Source: Anaeramoeba ignava BMAN (taxonomy: Eukaryota > Protista > Anaeramoebae). Taken from it: a stretch of DNA of 64,000 bases. This document shows, in pieces, positions 57,431 through 64,000 of this stretch. The notes beneath the pieces are model-generated. The model was not told where the DNA came from. It did no database searches and saw nothing but the letters and a program-made list of their open reading frames with translations. The DNA lies in the NCBI GenBank assembly GCA_028826165.1, contig JAPDFW010000101.1, positions 124,001 through 188,000 on the forward strand, read 5' to 3'. The position numbers and the translations under genes were made by a program. Within the stretch, counting starts at the first letter, position 1. Every line of letters starts with the position of its first letter.

Positions 57431-60400
57431 TTAATTCATGTGACTTGGATAAATGAATATATATTTTTGTTCTTCAAAATTGGAAATTTCAACTGAATCA
57501 TTACTATTACTATTATTTAAAACTGCTTTGAAAAAAGGAAGAATTTGATGACCAGGAACTAAAGGAATAACATTATAACATAATAAACGAGTGCTTCTTG
57601 GAAGAACAGCCAATTCAACTTGTTCCAAACCATTAAGAACAAAATCAGGATTTGAAATCAACCGAATTTGAATAAATTGGATATTATTAGAATTATTAAT
57701 GATTTGGAAATGAAACAAAATTGTTGATCCAACAAATCCTGTTTGAGGAAATTTACTTTTGATGATAATATCTTGTAATTTATGTAATTGATCAACAATT
57801 GGATAATTTAATATTCCAATCAAATGATTTTCTTTCCATTCATCAGAATAATAACCTGATCTTTTAACAGTTTCTTTTTCTTTTTCTTTTTCTTTTTCTT
57901 TTTCTTTCAAATTTTCATCTTCAATTTCCTTCGTTTTTTTAAATAACATTTCTTCAATTTCTGATTTATTATTCCTTTTCAAATTATTACTTAATAAATG
58001 AATCAATTCCGAAAATTGATGTAAAATTGGATTTTGCAGATCATCTTGAACTCTTTTCAAATGTGTTTCAACAAAACCAAAATTTTTTTCTGTAAAGAAA
58101 TCTTTTTCTTGATCAAAAAAGAAAGAAGAATGAATTGAATAAGTTTCTTTTTGCTCAATTATTTGAGGTAAAAATGCACCATGAACATTTTTTGATTTGC
58201 GAATAAAATTTGAGTTCAAAATCAATTCAACTTCTTGCAAATTGATTTGGAACGGAAGTTGGGATAATAAATCACACCAAAATACTCCCAATGATTGATC
58301 CATATCCAAATCAAGTTTAGGGAACTGCCAATCAAATACTAACTGAAAAGGATTGACAAATTCAATTTGAAATTGTTTTGAAATCAATCTGTTGTATTTC
58401 AAGATTGTTTGGAATTTAATATCCACATTGATCGTGATTTTCCTTGCAGCATTGCTTTGAATGCAGAAAAGAATAAAGTATTCATTATGCGGAGGGATTT
58501 CTGGAAGAACAAAATTCTCGAATATTTTGTTTGGAGATTGAAGAATTTTAAGCGAATAAACTACTTCAAATGATTGTATATTGATTTCTCCTGACGAGAT
58601 GTGTTCATCATCACTTTGAATAATTAATTTAACAGGAAAGAATTCATTGATTATTGCTGGTGGGTCGTATTCAAATAATATTGTGATTTCTGGTTGAGGA
58701 ATTGTGATTTGAAGAATGTTTCTTAAAGGAAATTTCCACATCAAAATTTTTTCCTCTTTTTCCATTTGGATTGGATCCCATGCAAATATAATTCTTTGTT
58801 GGTTTTCTTTTCCATAAACTAATTCGATTGAATAACATTGTAAATTTCCTCCAAATTCTTTTGCCTTATTTTTAAATTCAAGTATTTTTTCTTTTTCGGG
58901 TAATAATTCAATTAGATTTTCTTTATTATTTTCACCAACATCATAAGAAGCAATATTGAATCTGATGAAAATATTTTGGAAAACAATTGGATTAACAAAA
59001 TGTGAGATTAAACGAACTCGAAAAACAATGGGATGATGTTGATAAACTTGTGATTTTAGAAAGTGACTTCTGCATGAGATTAACTTGTTTAATGGATTTT
59101 TATCATTCATTACGATTATTTTTTGTTCTGGAATTGGAGTGATTGGAATTTTTTGAGGATTCTAGAGGGGAATTATTTTTAAAATGAATTAAAATATTGA
59201 ATTGAAAAATTATTTTTAAAATGAATTAAAATATTGAATTGAAAAATTATTTTTAAAATGAATTAAAATAATAAATTAAAATTATTTTTAAAAATGAATT
59301 AAAATATTGAATTGAAAAATTATTTTAAAAATGAATTAAAATAATAAATTAAAAATTATTTTAAAAATGAATTAAAATAATAAATTGAAAATTATTTTTA
59401 AAAATGAATTAAAATATTAAATTAAGAAATTATTTTTAAAAATGAATTAAAATATTAAATTAGAAATTATTTTTAAAAATGAATTAAAATATTGAATTGA
59501 AAATTATTTTTAAAAATTATTATTTTTAAAAATGAATTAAAATATTGAATTGAAAATTATTTTTAAAAATGAATTAAAATATTTAAATTAGAAATTATTT
59601 TTAAAAATGAATTAAAATATTAATTGAGAAATTATTTTAAAAATGAATTAAAATATTAAATTAGAAATTATTTTTAAAAATGAATTAAAATAATAAATTG
59701 AAAATTATTTTTAAAATGAATTAAAATAATTGAAAAATTATTTTAAAATGAATTAAAAAATTAAATTAAAAAATCGCATTTTAAAAATGATTTTAAACAA
59801 TTGAAATTATTTTTAAAATGAATTAAAATATTAAATTGGGAAATTATTTTTAAAAATGAATTAAAATGTTGAATTAGAAATTATTTTTAAAATGAATTAA
59901 AATATTAAATTGGGAAATTATTTTAAAAATGAATTAAAATATTAAATTAAAATTATTTTTTAAAATGAATTAAAATATTAATTAGAAATTATTTTTAGAA
60001 ATGAATTAAAATATTAATTAGAAATTATTTTTTGAATTAATTAAAATATAAAATTGAAAATTATTTTTAAAATGAATAAATTAATAAATTGAAAAATTAT
60101 TTTTTTCATTCTTTTTAAAATGTACAAAAATCGCATTTTGAAGATGATTTTGAACAATTAATCTTGTTTCTTTTGGAAGAGATAAATCAGGATTATTTAA
60201 ATTCAAAAGAGAAAAGAGTAAAACTTTCCAATCATTTAATTGAATTGAACATTCAAATAAATATAATAAATTTTTTGATAATAAACAATTCCAAGAATTT
60301 GGAATCATATTATTAACAAGATGTTGAATAAATGGTGAAGCTTTTTCAAATAATAAATTTTCAAAATATTGTTCAGCAACTAGTTCTAAAATATGAGCTT

Positions 60401-62839
60401 GAATTCCTTTATGATTTTTTTGAATATCAAAATTAAAATGATATGCCATTTTGAGTAATACTAAATTATTTGAGAAATGATCAAATTGGTCTTCTCTAAT
60501 TAATTCTTTGAGTAAATCCTTCATAGCTAAATTAAAATAAGTTTGGAATTAAATTAAAATCAATTTGAAATAAATTTGAATTGAAATAAATTAAATTTGG
60601 ATTTAAAATAAATTTGAATTTAAATCAATTTAAAATAAGTTTGAAATTTGAATTAAATTAAAATAAATTTGAATTTAAATAAATTTGAAATTAAATAAAT
60701 TTGAATTTAAATAAATTTAAAATAAATTTGAAATTTAAATTGAAATAAATTTGAATTTGAAATTTAAATTGAAATAAATTTGAATTTGTAATTAAAATTG
60801 AAATTTAAATCAAATTGAAATAAAATTGAATTAAAATTAAATTAAATTTGAATTTATACATAAACTAAAATTAGATTTCCCAATAAATTCAATATTTTCT
60901 AAATCTAAAGTGCTCTTAGAAAAAGTTGTTTTAATGGGAAAATTCAAATCAGTTTTTTCAATTTCAGATTTAAATTTAATCAATAAATTCTTGACACAAT
61001 GAGTTCTTTTAATAGCATATTTAGCAGCAATATAATAATAAAAAGAGATATTTTTAAAAGGATCAGGAGAAAGTTTTGTATTTTTGATACCGAATTTTTC
61101 CCACAAAGAAGCAAAAAATTGAAATTGTTGAGAAATATATTGAAAATGTTCAAAATCTCTTTCTGAAATTGGGAATCGATATTTTTGATAAATATTCATA
61201 TGATTTCTAAATTGTTGAATAGCAGAATCGAAATCATTCATTTCGAAATAATTAGTGATGATCTTAATAGTTAAAATTTCTGCAAAAACTTTAATTTCCG
61301 TTAAAGTTGTCATTGTACTAACAACTTCTCTTAAATTTTTATAAGATTTTAAAAAGTTTTCATTTGCTTTTTGTAAATCACCCATGCATTCAAAATAAAA
61401 TCCACATTTAAAATAGTTTCTTGTTGATAACATTGAGTTAGATCGTTTGCTTATGCTTTCTTGATATTTTCTTATTCGATTTGCTTCTTTTTTGTATGCT
61501 CGATTAGATAAATTTTGTAATTCACTCTCAATTTTGGTTTTGATTGCTTGTTGGAAACTCATATAAAGTATTCCTGTTCCTCTTTTATGATCAAGTTGTT
61601 TTTTAATTGTTGTTAAAAAATCTTCAAACGGTGGTGCTTGTTCTAATTTTTTTAAAAATCTTCAATTTCAATTATAATTTTAATTTCAAAATGAATTTTT
61701 AATTTCAAAATGAATTTTAATTTCTTTAAATGAATTTTAATTTTTATTTTAATTTTAAAATGAATTTTAATTTTAATTTCAAAATGAATTTTAATTTTTA
61801 ATTTTAATTTTAATTTCAAAATGAATTTTAATTTCAAAATGAATTTTAATTTTAATTTCAAAATTTTAATTTTAATTTTAATTTCAAAATGAATTTTAAT
61901 TTTTAATTTTAATTTTAATTTTAAAATGAATTTTATTTTAATTTTATAAATGAATTTTATTTTAATTTTAATTTTAATTTTAATTTTAATTTTTAATTTT
62001 AATTTTATTTTAATTTTAATTTTAAATTTTTATAAATGAATTTTATTTTAATTTTAATTTTAATTTTAATTTTAATTTTAATTTTAAATTTAATTTTAAA
62101 TTTAATTTTAATTATAAATGAATTTTTGGATTTAATTTTAATTTTAATTTTAATTTTAATTTTAATTTAATTTTAATTTTAATTTTAATTTTTAAATTTA
62201 ATTTTTAATTTTAAAAATGAATTTTAATTTTAATTTTAATTTTAATTTTAAATTTTAATTTTTAATTTTTAATTTTAATTTTTATTTTAATTTTAATTTT
62301 AATTTTAATTTTAAATTTTAATTTTAATTTTAATTTTAATTTTAATTTTTTTAATTTTAATTTTAATTTTAATTTTAATTTTAATTGATGTATTAAATTG
62401 TAAATTGTAAAAAAAAAGTTATTTTGGAAATTTTTGCTTTTTTTTTTGTTTAGAAAAGAATAAACATACGACTTCGAAAACGAATTGCTAACAAAATAAA
62501 AATTTTAAAATTACGAGATTTTTCAATTTCCAATAAATTTTGAACTAAAGTTTTAACTTCAGTTTGAGTTTTTTCAATAGATTCAACATCATGAAGAGAA
62601 ACAACAACAGAAGGAATTTGATAAATATGTTTTAACAACCATTTTGAGTGAAGAATTCCTTCAGGTTGACGGATTTCTGTTTGTGTGTTCTTGATTTTTT
62701 GTGGTTTAATTTCTTGATATTTTATAAACCTAAATTTGTTTTTATAAATATCTTGAAATAATTCTAAATGTTCATCTTTTCCTATAAAACTTATTAATGG
62801 TAATGGTCTTGTTATAATTTCTTTCGGATAAATTTCCAT
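57431..62839 (-). CDS. TRAPPC11: TRAPP complex subunit 11 (foie gras / gryzun); exons 62839-62470, 61642-60860, 60526-60126, 59161-57431
   Basis: N-terminus MEIYPKEIITRPLPLISFIG...PEGILHSKWLLKHIYQIPSVVV; RNYFKCGFYFEC; EIKVFAE...AIQQFRNHM; ELVAEQYF; C-terminal gryzun-like YNVIPLVPGHQILP; three GT..AG introns keep the frame. Confidence 0.88.
59162..60125 (-). repeat. TRAPPC11 intron 3 filled with a ~36-37-bp minisatellite
   Basis: Plus-strand unit AATTATTTTTAAAATGAATTAAAATATTGAATTGAAA; GTACAT donor and CTCTAG acceptor on the minus strand. Confidence 0.9.
60527..60859 (-). repeat. TRAPPC11 intron 2 with a degenerate ~16-bp repeat (AAATAAATTTGAATTT on +)
   Basis: GTATAA donor and TTTAG acceptor on the minus strand. 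Confidence 0.8.
61643..62469 (-). repeat. TRAPPC11 intron 1 filled with (AAAATT)n on the sense strand, including ATTCATTT variants
   Basis: GTATGT donor and ATTAG acceptor on the minus strand. Confidence 0.88.
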
Positions 62840-62969
62840 TTTTAATTTTTAATTTTTGAATTTTTGAAATGAAAAAATGAATTTGTAAAATTTTAAAAAA
62901 AAAAATTGTTTCTTTTTTTTCATTTTAAAATTAAAATTCATTTTATTTTTCATTTTTTTCTTTTTAAAA
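62840..62969. promoter_or_regulatory. Candidate 130-bp bidirectional promoter with TTTTCATTT motifs in both orientations
   Basis: GAAATGAAAAAATGA (~62867-62880) faces TRAPPC11; TTTTTTTTCATTTT and TTTTTCATTTTTTT (~62913-62959) face the RCC1 gene. Confidence 0.55.
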
Positions 62970-64000
62970 ATGATGAATGAAATTTTATTTTTTGGTTTAA
63001 ATAAATATCTAAATTTTATCAAAAATAAACCAAATAAAATAACAAAACCAATTCAATTTAAATTTGAAAATGAAAATGAAAATGAAAATGAAAATGAAAA
63101 ACAAATTAAACAAATTTCATCAGGTTTCTTTTCAACAATTTTCCTTTTTAAAAATGGAAAAGCAATAGAATATTTATTACAAAATTCAAATCAAAATCCT
63201 TCAAAAATCCAAATTGAAGAAAATATTCAAAAAGTAACTGTTGGTTTTCAAAATAAAGCTATTTTAACAATAGAAGGAAATGTATTTGCCAAAGGAGAAT
63301 ATATTAATCCAGAAAATACTTATGAATTTATCAATATTTCATCATTAATTGAAGATAAAAATGATAGAATAATTCAAGGTATTGTTTCTGGAGCTTGTTC
63401 AATTTACTTATTAACTTCAAATCAAAATGCTTATGGAATTGGTTCAAATGAACAAGGTAAACTTGGTTTTGATTCTAGAACACTTAAAAAAACAGAAAAA
63501 CCAATTTTAATGATGAAAAATGTTTCTAAAATATTTTCAGGAAATTCTTCATTTCATGTTTTTCTTTTAAATTCAAATCAAGAATTATTTGGATGCGGTA
63601 ATAATGGATATGGTCGACTTGGATTAGGAAAATCAAAAAGAAGAAACCAAAATCCAAAAATTAACCAAAATCCAAAATATTCCAAAAGGTAAAATAATTG
63701 ATATTCAATGTGGATATTCTTATTCAATAATGTTGATTGAAAATGAAAATGAAAATGAAAATCCAAAAAGAAAACTTTATTCATGTGGTTATTATGAATA
63801 TAATGGACTTGGCAAAAATGAAAATACTTATGAATTTACTGAAATCAAATCATCTTTATTTGAAAATGATAATATTCTTGAGTTTTCTGTTGGAAGAGAA
63901 CATAATTTGATTTTAACTTCCAAAGGGAAACTAATAGTATTTGGAAGTAATTTTTGTGGTGAATTAGGAACTGGAAATACAAAAGATGAACCAATTCCAA
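62970..64000 (+). pseudogene. RCC1(-BTB) paralog 3, with a +1A frameshift at ~63635-63639; runs off the window
   Basis: Same family as the 3817 and 6336 genes. After TCAAAAAGAAG the homologous sequence (ETKIQKLTKIQNIPKGKIIDIQCG...) continues in a shifted frame to 64000. Confidence 0.75.

Noticed and set aside
1-64000. tRNA, rRNA or snRNA genes
   Set aside because: No GC-rich structured non-coding segment was recognised; a covariance-model scan would be needed to exclude small AT-rich RNAs.

Overview
Extremely AT-rich eukaryotic (protist) genomic DNA in the standard genetic code, with spliceosomal GT-AG introns; many introns and intergenic spacers are filled with tandem repeats. The AT-richness, the RCC1-BTB and BTB-TLDc family expansions, an intein in a nuclear gene and a TCA initiator-like motif suggest an Anaeramoeba-like anaerobic metamonad (inference only). 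About 20 genes can be reconstructed by hand: three RCC1-BTB paralogs (two with +1A frameshifts), a GH114 hydrolase, Elongin C, a divergent actin, two TLDc proteins, TFIIH p34, a cyclin, CDC14, a CCCH protein, NVL/Rix7, a USP9/24/34-like deubiquitinase, a WD40 protein, an ankyrin-FN3 protein and TRAPPC11. The most striking feature is a 267-aa VMA-type mini-intein (28372..29172) inserted in the CDC14 phosphatase signature H|CKAGLGRTG. The catalytic cysteine is therefore also the intein's +1 splicing nucleophile. Other highlights: an intact pogo-like DD35D transposon inside a satellite that appears to be a 4.2-kb 5'UTR intron of the actin-like gene; an intron holding a near-exact copy of the adjacent exon end; and an A-to-T switch in third codon positions along individual exons. 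All exon boundaries and counts were read by hand and need RNA-seq or computational confirmation.
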